Below are positions 9,433 to 18,636 of a DNA stretch of 64,000 nucleotides, piece after piece. The position numbers were made by a program, and so were the translations under genes. The first letter of the stretch is position 1. Every line of letters starts with the position of its first letter. The stretch is taken from NCBI GenBank assembly GCA_965263035.1, contig OZ253580.1, positions 4,160,001 through 4,224,000 of the forward strand, given 5' to 3'. The stretch comes from Acidobacteriota bacterium (lineage in GTDB: Bacteria > Acidobacteriota > UBA6911 > RPQK01 > JAJDTT01). The notes under the pieces are model-generated. The model was not told the origin of the DNA. It saw only the letters and a list, made by a program, of their open reading frames with translations, and made no database searches.

Positions 9433-10977
9433 TCAGGCCAAGGCGAACGAGTACAGTTCGGCCTTCTCCATGAAGAATCGGATCTTGCGGAATCGCTCGA
9501 ACTCGGGCGCCGGGTAGGGAGCAGTCTCCTCGGGCACGGACGGCATCTCGGTCCGGCCGTTCCAGGAGAAGGTGTGTTCGACCGAATCCCCCCGAAAGAT
9601 GTCGCACTCCTGACGGCTGAAGCCGGGGATGACCCGGTCGCGGAGATCGACGATTTCCGCAGCGATCGAGCCCCCGCCGTAACACCGCAGATTGGCCCTC
9701 AGCCGCCGCCCCTCCGAGATCAGAGGCCGCGTCACCAGGATGCCGCGGCGCGTGGGGCCGGCGTCCAGAGAGACGAACCCGTCCACCCGCAACTTGGCCA
9801 GACCCAGGGCGTAGTTGACCCCGTCCGGGTCCGTCACCTCGGGCACGTCCAAACCCTCCCGGGCGCCGGAAATCCACCAATCGTGATGGTTGGAAGAACC
9901 ACCGTGATAGATGAAGAGCTCGTCTCCAACCCGGATGGGCTCGTGGGTGATGGTGGCCATGTAGGCATCCCAGTGGCCTTCGCCTCGGGGTGTGAGGAAG
10001 GGCTGGCGTTTGTTCAAGTGGTGCCACGTCTTCCCGTTCCGGCTGTAAACGAGTCGGACTCCCATCTCATTCGAGACGTAGCTCATGGTGTTGAGGAACC
10101 CCATTTGCACGCCGCCGGCTGCAAATGGGTAGAAGCCGTAGTAGGTCTCGTCCAGGCCGTCTTCGCCGTCCTCGGGAGTCAATGCCGCATAGGGCTCCGA
10201 CCAATGGATCATGTCGGCGCTCTCCGTCTGCCAGATCCGCCGTTTGTTGATGCGGCGCCAATCCAGGGGATAGTAGGGCGGACAGATCGTCCACGCTTCC
10301 AGCTCCGGATTGTCCAGGTTCCGGGCGATGGCGTACATGTCGTAGTGGCGCATGTTGAGGATGAAGATCCGGCCAAAGGGATCGTAGGAGAGCGCGTTCG
10401 AATCATCCATTTTGGACCCGGACCGGCCCATCTGGGGCCGTTCCGGCAGGTCGTTCCAGTGCCTCAGGTCTTCGGACGTGGCCGCCATCACCTTCCAGGA
10501 GGACTCGAACAGCTTCTTGGGGAGATAGCTGAGATAGATGGCTTTGAATCGCCGGGCAGCCTCCTCCTCGTGGGGGTCGAGAATATAGGTCATGCCGTAG
10601 GCGTTGGGGATGACGATGTTGGTGTCCCGGCCATCATGTTGGAACACGTCGAGTTCCGGCTTTCGCCAGTGCAGCCCGTCTTCGGACTCGGCGTACAGGA
10701 GATGGAACGCTGGTGGATCGTGAGGTGTCTTTCCCCGGTTCCAGATCTGATAGACGCATTTGAAGATCCCGTCCGTGGGGTCGCGAACCACGCGGGAGCC
10801 GTTGAAGGTGAAATAGGTGATCTGTTCCCAGGGCCGGTCTCGGACTATGACCGGCGTCTCGACCCGGGTCGGCTGGTGCCAGGTTCGGCAGACGTTCTCC
10901 ACGGACTCGATGACCAGATCGTCGACGAAGACCTGCTTGGAATATCCGATGTCCAGCATCGTGGGTTCATAGATCAT
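9433..10977 (-). CDS. Uncharacterised beta-propeller glycosidase-like protein (GH32/GH130-like), copy 1
   Basis: YAESEDGLHW, TSEDLRHW, SADMIHW and SRNGKTW propeller repeats, and the C-terminal GLAKLRVDGFVSL motif. RBS aaggag. Confidence 0.7.
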   Translation of the reverse strand: MIYEPTMLDIGYSKQVFVDDLVIESVENVCRTWHQPTRVETPVIVRDRPWEQITYFTFNGSRVVRDPTDGIFKCVYQIWNRGKTPHDPPAFHLLYAESEDGLHWRKPELDVFQHDGRDTNIVIPNAYGMTYILDPHEEEAARRFKAIYLSYLPKKLFESSWKVMAATSEDLRHWNDLPERPQMGRSGSKMDDSNALSYDPFGRIFILNMRHYDMYAIARNLDNPELEAWTICPPYYPLDWRRINKRRIWQTESADMIHWSEPYAALTPEDGEDGLDETYYGFYPFAAGGVQMGFLNTMSYVSNEMGVRLVYSRNGKTWHHLNKRQPFLTPRGEGHWDAYMATITHEPIRVGDELFIYHGGSSNHHDWWISGAREGLDVPEVTDPDGVNYALGLAKLRVDGFVSLDAGPTRRGILVTRPLISEGRRLRANLRCYGGGSIAAEIVDLRDRVIPGFSRQECDIFRGDSVEHTFSWNGRTEMPSVPEETAPYPAPEFERFRKIRFFMEKAELYSFALA

Positions 10978-11150
10978 CTTGGGTTCTCCTTTTCGGTATT
11001 GGAGCCGTGCCGCTCAAACCGGTATTCAACCGGGATCGGCCCACCGCTTACAGTCTTCGTGAAACCGTCGGCCGGAGGTGCATCCCGCCTGCCCGAGGGA
11101 CAGGGTAACCATAAAGGCCGCTTCTACAAGAGTTGCCACCATTTGCACTA
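9433..11150. repeat. ~1.7-kb direct repeat, copy 1 (gene plus upstream region); partner at 17092-18810
   Basis: Near-identical DNA at offset 7659. Both copies encode 514-aa proteins that differ only near the termini. Confidence 0.95.
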
Positions 11151-11299
11151 AAAATCGCCTAGGAGGCTGTCCGAGAACTCGGTATTGAGCGACGTTCGTC
11201 CATGACAACGCTCATGGGCGATGGTCGTTGGCTTGGAAGATCGTCGAATCTCGGCCTTCAAAGCCGGTGAACTCGGGTTTTTGCGCCATTTTCGACTCG

Positions 11300-12024
11300 A
11301 AAAGGGCCGAAAAGCTGATCTGCTTCTTGTCCTCGATCTGCTGACCCGGTCGAAGCTCCGCCTCCCGCGCTTCCAGCGTCTGCTTCATCTCCCGGACCTT
11401 CTTCAACCGCTGCTTCTTGTCGCGCAGGTCATCGGGCAGCTATTACCCGGTCCGCTCCTGGTAGACCCGATCCTCTTCCTCGTCACAGCGGTCCGCCTGC
11501 CGGGTCAAGGCTTCGATCTCCTCGCACAATTCCTGCTCCTTCTCCTTCAGTCGCCCGTAGCTCATCGCCTTGTGCTTCGAGCTGTTCGCCTTGAACTGGG
11601 AGCCGTCCGGACTGACGTGTCCCAAGGACACCAGCGCCAGCGCCAACTGCACCGTCTGTTTGAAGCCAGCCCGGAAGAATTCCCCGCGGTCCTTCCGGAA
11701 ATCGCTCAACACCCGGAAGTTCGGGCAGTTCCTCCCCGCGATGTACATGAACCCCAGATCCTCCCGGCAGCGCTGCTCGATCTGCCGGGAGCTGAACACG
11801 CCGCGGCTGTAGGCGTAGATCAGGATCGACACGATCTGGCGCGGCGCGTAGGCGCGCTGGCCCCGGTCGCTGTACTGGGCCTCCACTTCCGACGTGTCCA
11901 GTTGCTCGAACAGTTCCTGATAGAGGAAACATTCGTGATCCTCCGGCAAGAGGTCGAACAGGTTGGTCGCATACAACCGACTCTGGCAATAGTCCTTGCG
12001 ATAGGGCTTGAATCGGGGGGCCAT
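11300..12024 (-). pseudogene. Truncated IS1182 transposase
   Basis: The N-terminus is near-identical to 43563-45074. There is a premature TAA at 11443-11445, and about 0.8 kb of the 3' half is deleted after KKQISF. Confidence 0.9.
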
Positions 12025-12095
12025 CCGACATTCTCCCGATGACCTGTTTCCCCTTATTTTAGGGGATTATATACGAAAGTGCCGAAACCTGAGCA

Positions 12096-12278
12096 TTAAC
12101 GCCGGTTCCGTGGCCGGTCTATCCATCTGATATTCACGGGCTGGACCAATGCACGGGCCAGCTCCTCGAAGTCTGCTTCCACGCGCATATCCTGTTCCAG
12201 TTCGGCCTTGGTCGGTTGGTAGGAATCCTTGACCAGTTCGATGGTGGGATGTTGGGGATTGTGTCTGGGTTTCTTCAT
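12096..12278 (-). CDS. Small hypothetical passenger protein (60 aa) inside IS1595
   Basis: ATGA overlap with the upstream Mrr-like frame. Ends 8 bp inside the IR. Confidence 0.6.
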   Translation of the reverse strand: MKKPRHNPQHPTIELVKDSYQPTKAELEQDMRVEADFEELARALVQPVNIRWIDRPRNRR

Positions 12279-12780
12279 GCGGCCCTCGGCATCCTAGGTT
12301 GCTTCCCCTCAAAGGAGTCTTCCGGCGTGTAGATTTGAATCTTGGGCAGGTCCATGAAGCGTCCGGCGTTGACGGCGGCATTTCTCATGCCGTTGGTCAC
12401 TCTGTCTCGAAAGCAGGTGAAGATGCCGAGATCAGCTCCGGCCTGTTGACGTGCGCCGTTGAAGGCTTGGACGTGTCCGGGATTGGTAGAGCCGCCTTTG
12501 ACCTGAGAAACGATGTCAATGAACCGGCCCTTGCGGACCGGGAGCCGTCCCACGCCGTCAATTCCGCCATCCCGTCTCTGGATTCGGTTCGGCTCCATAC
12601 CGTCCACCAGAGCAGCAGCCCACCTCTCAAACCGGAATTTATCGATGCTGGCAAGCTCCTGAGCGTGTGTGATGGTATGGGGAAGGCCAATGTATTGGGT
12701 GTGTTCCCAACGGATTCATCCGGGACATCCTCCCGCATGACTTCAAGGTTGTCTCCAAAGCTCAGTCGATTTTCGTTCAA
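12275..12780 (-). pseudogene. DNA methyltransferase-Mrr-like restriction endonuclease fusion with the methylase core deleted and a frameshift
   Basis: The MTase N-terminus NRLSFGDNLEVMREDVPDESV breaks off before the expected DPP(F/Y) motif. Another frame resumes with GLPHTITHAQELASIDKFRFERWA followed by the Mrr-type motifs DGGIDG and SQVKGG. Confidence 0.75.
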
Positions 12781-13727
12781 CCCACCAAATCCTTGTAACG
12801 CAGCCGCTTTCCCACCATCCGGTCAGCGACCAGGGCCATTTGATCCAACGTGTCCATGCGCCTTAGGTTGTGACGTGCGGCAAACTCTCCAACGTATCGG
12901 TCGGTGTGCTGTTCCGAGAAGTGGTGAAAGGTTCCGTGGTAACTCCGCTTCAACATGGACCAGAATGATTCGGCTCCGTTGGTGTGGCAGTTGCCTTTGA
13001 CGTACTCCTGAAGAGAATGCCTGACCGTCTCGTGATGGACAAGCCGGCCGTAAGAGGTTGAATCGTCCGTGTAGATCTTGGCATCTTCTCCCACGTGCTC
13101 CAAGACGAAACGGGAGAGGGTTTCAGACTTGGTGTCAGGGACGACTCGGGCCGACACTTGGTTGGAGGGGCGATCTTTGACGGCAGCCACGGCCGTCTTT
13201 CCAACGGCTCCACGTCCCTCCAGTTTGGCGCGTTTGGCCTTCGGCATATTCTTCCGCTTTCCGCCGAGATACGCCTCGTCAGCCTCGACCGGGCCGGAGA
13301 ACAGGGCCATTCCAGTCAGGTTCAGACCTTTCCGTATCCGGTGAGCAAGGTGCCAAGCCGTCTTCTGTGTTACGTCCAGGTCACGATGCAGCTTCATGGA
13401 GGAAACGCTCTTGAGGCTGGTAGTAAGGAGGTAGGTAGCAAGCAACCAAGTCTGATAGCCGAGTTTGGAGGACTGCATAACCGTCCCGACCCGGACGCTG
13501 AACCGCTTGCCGCAATCGCGGCAACGATACGGCATGGAAGGATGCTTGGCTCCGGTCTGGACGTTGGTGGAGCCGCAATGGACGCAACAGACTTCCTCCG
13601 GCCACCGCTGCTTTATGAACCATTCCTCAACGGCTTTATCGTCGGGAAATCTCTTGAAGAATCCGCGCAGTGAAAGTCCCTCTCGGAACGCCTTTCCGGG
13701 TGCCTTGTTCCGTGTCTCGTAACTCAT
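12777..13727 (-). CDS. IS1595-family transposase
   Basis: Zn ribbon CVHC...CRDC and DDE motifs VEADEAYLGG, IYTDD and NGAESFW. RBS caggagga before the ATG at 13727. Confidence 0.95.
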   Translation of the reverse strand: MSYETRNKAPGKAFREGLSLRGFFKRFPDDKAVEEWFIKQRWPEEVCCVHCGSTNVQTGAKHPSMPYRCRDCGKRFSVRVGTVMQSSKLGYQTWLLATYLLTTSLKSVSSMKLHRDLDVTQKTAWHLAHRIRKGLNLTGMALFSGPVEADEAYLGGKRKNMPKAKRAKLEGRGAVGKTAVAAVKDRPSNQVSARVVPDTKSETLSRFVLEHVGEDAKIYTDDSTSYGRLVHHETVRHSLQEYVKGNCHTNGAESFWSMLKRSYHGTFHHFSEQHTDRYVGEFAARHNLRRMDTLDQMALVADRMVGKRLRYKDLVG

Positions 13728-13752
13728 TGCATCCTCCTGACTTACAAGACAT

Positions 13753-13781
13753 ATTCTATAGGAAAGTACCGGCATTATCAA
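13753..13781 (-). promoter_or_regulatory. Sigma70-like promoter of the IS1595 operon
   Basis: Minus strand reads TTGATA-N17-TAGAAT, between the IR and the transposase RBS. Confidence 0.6.
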
Positions 13782-14111
13782 CCCCTACGGGCAACTTTTT
13801 CGGCACTTTCGTATATAATCCCCTTATTTTAGGGAGCGTCGGTGACAGCCCCATTCTCGGACAGCCTCCTAGGACGGATCGAAGGCTATCTCGACTTGCC
13901 GCGGCAGTTCTTCTTAGGGAACGGACGCGGCACGGCGGCTTGATCCTGGCCTCGTGCGACAAGACCCGCCATACGGTCTGTATTGGTCGATCTCCCTTGC
14001 ACCAAGGGTCAGAGGTATAAATCCCTGGACTTCGCCGCCAACTGCCCCCGGCTCCGCCGCTCGGGAAGCGCCCGGGTGAATATCGCAGAGAGCGGCTCAG
14101 AATCGACTTAA

Positions 14112-14257
14112 CAGCCCGTGGCAAAAGTCGCCACGGCATCCGACCGTCCCTGCATCCCGGCGGACTGCGTTGCGATTCGGTCACAACTCCCGAATCGCGC
14201 CTTGTCCGGCGGGCGCAGGAACGGTCTCGGTGCTCGCGGGACTTTCACCACGGACTG
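14112..14257. mobile_element. 146-bp palindromic MITE, family A, copy 1
   Basis: Imperfect TIRs cagcccgtggcaaaagtc / gactttcaccacggactg, nested internal IRs and a TTAA target duplication (14108-14111, 14258-14261). A second copy is at 16362. Confidence 0.85.
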
Positions 14258-14339
14258 TTAAGAGATCCGAATGAACAACGTCAGCGGCTTCCGGGGCGCT
14301 CGACAGAACTCACCGTCACCGGAAAGGGGCTCAGGGAGC

Positions 14340-14545
14340 GCCACTCAGGTCCAGCGCCAGACTCTGGATGGAGCCCCCGTAGACCAGGTGTTCCACCCCG
14401 CTCCCGTTCAGATTCGCCCGCATGATCACACGCCGGTTCTTCGTCCAGTACATCTTGCCGGCACTCAGGTCCCGGAGCGGGATCACCGGCACTGCCGAGA
14501 GCGACGTTTTCCGTTTCCCGAACCGCAGCCCCAGCGGGGCGAACC
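14340..14545 (-). pseudogene. Fragment of a surface-protein paralog: end of the repeated domain plus an LDL-receptor class B (YWTD-like) repeat
   Basis: [21 protein letters not shown] matches [21 protein letters not shown] in 37032-42068. It is followed by SAGKMYWT...RANLNGSGVEHLV...LALD. Confidence 0.65.
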
Positions 14546-14591
14546 GAAAATTGCCGCCTGCCGCTCGCAATAGACGGCAGGAGGAGCGAGC

Positions 14592-14668
14592 ATGAAACGG
14601 AAGCGCTTTACAGAAGAACAAATCATCAGGGTACTGAATCAGGACGAAGCCGGGGCCAAGACGGCCGT
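14592..14668 (+). pseudogene. IS3-family (IS407-like) OrfA N-terminal fragment
   Basis: RBS ggaggag then MKRKRFTEEQIIRVLNQDEAG, after which the similarity is lost. Confidence 0.7.
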
Positions 14669-14725
14669 GTTGACACCTGAAGGTGAGCGTGATGATGTCA
14701 CCCGTGCATCGGTGGGCTGTGCCTT

Positions 14726-15016
14726 CTAACGATTTGTTGTCAGAAGCTCGAAGGTGATCTTGAGCCGGGTGCCAGTTGCGCCCGCGATGCGCTCCAATGT
14801 TTGGGTAGATGGTTTGGTACGGCCGCTCTCAAGCCGAGCGACAACGGACTGAGTTGTCTTCATGAGCCGCGCGAGTTGCTCTTGCGTAAGGCCGGCTTTA
14901 GTACGTGCCGCAATCAGAGCACGGGCAAGTTCGAACTCGGGCTCAAGAGCTTCGTGAGTTTTGCGGTAGTCAGCGTCCTTCATCCACTTCTTGTGTAGGG
15001 AGCGTACCTTACTCAT
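14726..15016 (-). CDS. XRE/HigA-type antitoxin (HTH)
   Basis: ARTKAGLTQEQLARLMKTTQSVVARLESG HTH. ATGA overlap with the original toxin stop. Confidence 0.88.
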   Translation of the reverse strand: MSKVRSLHKKWMKDADYRKTHEALEPEFELARALIAARTKAGLTQEQLARLMKTTQSVVARLESGRTKPSTQTLERIAGATGTRLKITFELLTTNR

Positions 15017-15343
15017 CGCAGCACCTCCTTTGAACGTTTCAGGGCCAGATCAATCTCACGTTTTGGGGTCCTCCGGGTCTTTTTGACGAAGACGCGCACC
15101 ACAACCACGCGCTGCCCAGTTGCCGTTACGTACGTAGATTGCCCGTGAGATGCCGTCCTTACCCTTCATGCGCATTTCCCACAAGAGACCCTGCACGTGC
15201 TTGACGTGCGGTTCACGAACGCGGTCCAAGCCAAACTCCTCGATCAATCGGGAGATGTAACTGAAACGGACGCGCATGTCAGCGGGCAGCGCTTCGAGTT
15301 CTGCATCGACGACATCACTTAGGGTTTCTACTGTCCATGCCAA
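15013..15343 (-). pseudogene. RelE/HigB (Gp49-like) toxin, frameshifted by a 4-bp duplication
   Basis: REPHVKHVQGLLWEMRMKG...RAIYV, then tacgtacgta at 15127-15136 shifts the frame. The other frame gives TATGQRVVVVRVFVKKTRRTPKREIDLALKR to TGA at 15013-15015. Confidence 0.85.
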
Positions 15344-15355
15344 GCGGACACCAAT

Positions 15356-15373
15356 TATAGCATTTTTGCTATA
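15356..15373. promoter_or_regulatory. Putative TA operator palindrome
   Basis: TATAGCA-N4-TGCTATA directly upstream of the toxin start. Confidence 0.6.
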
Positions 15374-15459
15374 GTCCGCAACCGATTGTGTGGATTTCAG
15401 GACATGTGAGATTTCTTTTCAGGTAGCCGATTGTAAGGTGGCAAGGAAAGCGTGTGGAG

Positions 15460-15932
15460 TCAAAAGGTCGAGAGCACGCAGCCTTCCGGCAATGTCGGCT
15501 CCATCGATTCACCCATCAAGCTGATGCTGCTGCACCGGTCGGCGACCAGACCCTGCCGAGACAACCATTCGTGCCTGAAGTACGCGTAGGCCTTCACCTC
15601 TTCGTCCGGATCCAGGGCGCCACTGCCGGCTGCCGTCCGCAGCCTGCGAACCGGCATGGGCCGAGCGGCGGGAAGTCGGCGGATCTCAGGTGTGATTCCC
15701 CCTATCACAAGTTCTGCCGACGGCGTGGGATCCTCCGTCAGTCCCACCAAATAGTCGAGCGAGACGCCCAACTTGCGCGGTGATTTGACGGCCCCATCCA
15801 GAAGCAGCACCGAGTGACCCGCCTCCACATGGGAGATCATAGGCTGGTCGTAACGAGACCCCAGCGCGCCCACTAGATTCACCTGCCGTAGGTTAGCCCG
15901 CTTGCGAGCCCCTCCAAACGCTTTCCCGGCAT
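15460..15932 (-). pseudogene. Phage CI-like repressor (XRE HTH plus truncated S24 peptidase)
   Basis: HTH ARKRANLRQ...MISHVEAG...LGVSLDYLVG, then AAGSG and GESMEPTLPEG (S24) before truncation. Frameshift just after MPGKRL. Confidence 0.75.
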
Positions 15933-16006
15933 GGAGCCTAATTAGTCAGAAAAAATTCTTGAGGGATGAACATATCTCATGTAGTTCCTAAATAAGGAGG
16001 AGATGC

Positions 16007-16939
16007 ATGGGCATCTATAAGGTGAAGGATCGCCGGGGGAGGAGGCGATACGTCGTCAAAAGGAAGAGGCAGGTCCAGCCGGCCACGGTGAACCGCGACA
16101 TCGCCGCCATCAGCAAGCTGTTTTCCTATGCGCTGGAGTGCGGGGAAGTCGACACGCATCCGCTGGTCCGGTTCCCCAAACTGAAGGAGCCCAAGAAGGT
16201 CTGCCGGCCTCTGACGGTCGAGCAGTTCCGTAATCTGGTCGAGGCGGTGGACAACCCTTACCTGCAAAGCATGGTTGCAGTGATCGGCGAGACGGGGATT
16301 CGAAAAGGCGAAGCTTTGTCGCTTACCTGGAATCGGGTGGATTTGGCTCGGCGGTTTCTATCAGCCCGTGGCAAAAGTCGTCACGGCATTCGACCGTCCC
16401 TGCATCCCGGCGGACTGCGTTACGACTCGGTCACATACTCCCGGTATGCTCCCTCATCGCGCCTTGTCCGGCGGGCGCAGGAACGGTCTCGGTGCTCGCG
16501 CGACTTTCACCACGGACTGCTATGGGTGGAATTCACCAAAGACGACGAGCCGAGGGAGATTCCGCTCTCAAAGTACGCCACCGGATACCTGGCCGGGCTG
16601 GTTCGCTATCTGAACATCCCTTACGTCTTTGTCAACAGCAGAACAGGGACGAGATGGGTGAATCCCGACAAGCCGTTGCGCCGGGCCGCCGAGCGGGTGG
16701 GGTTGAAAGTCGGGTTTCATGATCTGAGGCGATTCCGCTGCAGCCAGTGGCTGATGCAGTGGGTGGACGTGAGAACGGTGCAGAAGCTGATGGGGCACTC
16801 GGCGATCAGCACGACGATGCGCTACGCGGGGTACGTCAGTTCCCATGCACTTGCAAGTATTCGGGAGGCACAGGCTAATGAAGACTCACAAATGCAACAG
16901 GCAACAAACAGGCAACGGGTAGGAAGCAAGGGGGAATGA
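16007..16939 (+). CDS. Tyrosine recombinase/integrase, N-terminally shortened, with a 54-codon in-frame MITE insertion (likely degenerate)
   Basis: Catalytic motifs TGIRKGE, TK, FHDLRR, LMGH and TMRY are present. RBS aggagg. Transcribed divergently from the repressor relic. Confidence 0.85.
   Translation: MGIYKVKDRRGRRRYVVKRKRQVQPATVNRDIAAISKLFSYALECGEVDTHPLVRFPKLKEPKKVCRPLTVEQFRNLVEAVDNPYLQSMVAVIGETGIRKGEALSLTWNRVDLARRFLSARGKSRHGIRPSLHPGGLRYDSVTYSRYAPSSRLVRRAQERSRCSRDFHHGLLWVEFTKDDEPREIPLSKYATGYLAGLVRYLNIPYVFVNSRTGTRWVNPDKPLRRAAERVGLKVGFHDLRRFRCSQWLMQWVDVRTVQKLMGHSAISTTMRYAGYVSSHALASIREAQANEDSQMQQATNRQRVGSKGE
16362..16519. mobile_element. 158-bp palindromic MITE, family A, copy 2, in frame within the integrase
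   Basis: Homologous to 14112-14257, with a CTAT target duplication (16358-16361, 16520-16523). Removing it restores RRFLWVEFTK. Confidence 0.9.
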
Positions 16940-17091
16940 TTAGAGGGGAGAATTTGGATAACCGGTTGGAAAGAAAGGATTATACCAGCAGCTCTACTGG
17001 ACAGGGCCACGGACTTTCAGTCCGCCTCCCCGTCCCCCCCCTCCCACCGGAATCGGAGGCTCGAAACCCGCCGCTCCGGCGCAGCCGTCCG

Positions 17092-18636
17092 TCAAACAAA
17101 CGCGAACGAGAACAGTTGGGCCTTCTCCATAAAGAATCGGATCTTGCGAAACCGCTCGAATTCCGGCGCCGGGTACGGGGCCGTCTCCTCGGGCAAGGCC
17201 GGCATCTCGGTCCGGCCCTTCCAGGAAAAGGTATGTTCGACCGAATCTCCCCGAAAGACATCGCACTCTTCACGGCTGAACCCGGGGATGACTCGATCGC
17301 GGAGATCGACGATTTCGGCAGCGATGGAGCCCCCACCGTAACATCGCATATTGGCCCTCAACCGCCGTCCCTCGGAGATCAAAGGCCGGGTCACCAGGAT
17401 GCCGCGCCGCGTGGGGCCGGCGTCCAGAGAGACGAACCCGTCCACCCGCAACTTGGCCAGACCCAGGGCGTAGTTGACCCCGTCCGGGTCCGTCACCTCG
17501 GGTACGTCCAAACCCTCCCGGGCACCGGAAATCCACCAATCGTGATGGTTGGAAGAACCACCGTGATAGATGAAGAGCTCGTCTCCAACCCGGATGGGCT
17601 CGTGGGTGATGGTGGCCATGTAGGCGTCCCAGTGGCCTTCGCCTCGGGGTGTGAGGAAGGGCTGGCGTTTGTTCAAGTGGTGCCACGTCTTCCCGTTACG
17701 GCTGTAAACGAGTCGGACTCCCATCTCATTCGAGACGTAGCTCATGGTGTTGAGGAACCCCATTTGCACGCCGCCGGCTGCAAATGGGTAGAAGCCGTAG
17801 TAGGTCTCGTCCAGGCCGTCTTCGCCGTCCTCGGGAGTCAATGCCGCATAGGGCTCCGACCAATGGATCATGTCGGCACTCTCCGTCTGCCAGATCCGCC
17901 GTTTGTTGATGCGGCGCCAATCCAGGGGATAATAGGGCGGACAGATCGTCCACGCTTCCAGCTCCGGATTGTCCAGGTTCCGGGCGATGGCGTACATGTC
18001 GTAGTGGCGCATGTTGAGGATGAAGATCCGGCCGAAGGGATCGTAGGAGAGCGCGTTCGAATCATCCATTTTGGACCCCGACCGGCCCATCTGGGGCCGT
18101 TCCGGCAGGTCGTTCCAGTGCCTCAGGTCTTCGGACGTGGCCGCCATCACCTTCCAGGAGGATTCGAACAGCTTCTTGGGGAGATAGCTGAGATAGATGG
18201 CTTTGAATCGCCGGGCAGCCTCCTCCTCGTGGGGATCGAGAATATAGGTCATGCCGTAGGCGTTGGGGATGACGATGTTGGTGTTCCGGTCACCATGTTG
18301 GAACACGTCGAGTTCCGGCTTTCGCCAGTGCACCCCGTCGTCGGACTCGGCGTACAGGAGATGGAACGCTGGTGGATCGTGAGGTGTCTTTCCCCGGTTC
18401 CAGATCTGATAGACGCATTTGAAGATCCCGTCCGTGGGGTCGCGAACCACGCGGGAGCCGTTGAAGGTGAAATAGGTGATCTGTTCCCAGGGCCGGTCTC
18501 TGACGATGACCGGATTCTCGACCCGGGTCGGCTGGTGCCAGGTTCGGCAGACGTTCTCCACCGACTCGATGACCAGGTCGTCGACGAAGACCTGCTTGGA
18601 ATGTCCGATGTCCAACATCGTGGGTTCATAGATCAT
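17092..18636 (-). CDS. Uncharacterised beta-propeller glycosidase-like protein, copy 2
   Basis: 514 aa, near-identical to 9433-10977. Confidence 0.7.
   Translation of the reverse strand: MIYEPTMLDIGHSKQVFVDDLVIESVENVCRTWHQPTRVENPVIVRDRPWEQITYFTFNGSRVVRDPTDGIFKCVYQIWNRGKTPHDPPAFHLLYAESDDGVHWRKPELDVFQHGDRNTNIVIPNAYGMTYILDPHEEEAARRFKAIYLSYLPKKLFESSWKVMAATSEDLRHWNDLPERPQMGRSGSKMDDSNALSYDPFGRIFILNMRHYDMYAIARNLDNPELEAWTICPPYYPLDWRRINKRRIWQTESADMIHWSEPYAALTPEDGEDGLDETYYGFYPFAAGGVQMGFLNTMSYVSNEMGVRLVYSRNGKTWHHLNKRQPFLTPRGEGHWDAYMATITHEPIRVGDELFIYHGGSSNHHDWWISGAREGLDVPEVTDPDGVNYALGLAKLRVDGFVSLDAGPTRRGILVTRPLISEGRRLRANMRCYGGGSIAAEIVDLRDRVIPGFSREECDVFRGDSVEHTFSWKGRTEMPALPEETAPYPAPEFERFRKIRFFMEKAQLFSFAFV

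Larger units (their letters stand above)
12062..13823 (-). mobile_element. IS1595-family element (ISNwi-like ends) carrying passenger genes
   Basis: Perfect 26-bp IRs ggggattatatacgaaagtgccgaaa (12062-12087 and 13798-13823). 8-bp target duplication ttatttta at 12054-12061 and 13824-13831. Confidence 0.95.
11163..13868 (-). mobile_element. IS1182-family element, internally deleted and interrupted by an IS1595 element
   Basis: 15-bp IRs gaggctgtccgagaa (11163-11177) and ttctcggacagcctc (13854-13868), with CTAG duplicated at 11159-11162 and 13869-13872. Homologous to 43372-45110. Confidence 0.9.

Noticed and set aside
11080-11135. Degenerate REP-like motif (gggcaaccacaaggg type) upstream of both 514-aa genes
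   Set aside because: The palindrome is broken and appears twice only because of the larger duplication. No RAYT transposase is present in the window.
17005-17080. Possible tRNA fragment or att site after the integrase (ggactttcagtccgc resembles a reversed tRNA-Phe anticodon arm)
   Set aside because: There is no acceptor stem or properly paired T-arm and no partner copy at the other island end. It fits a REP-like palindrome better.
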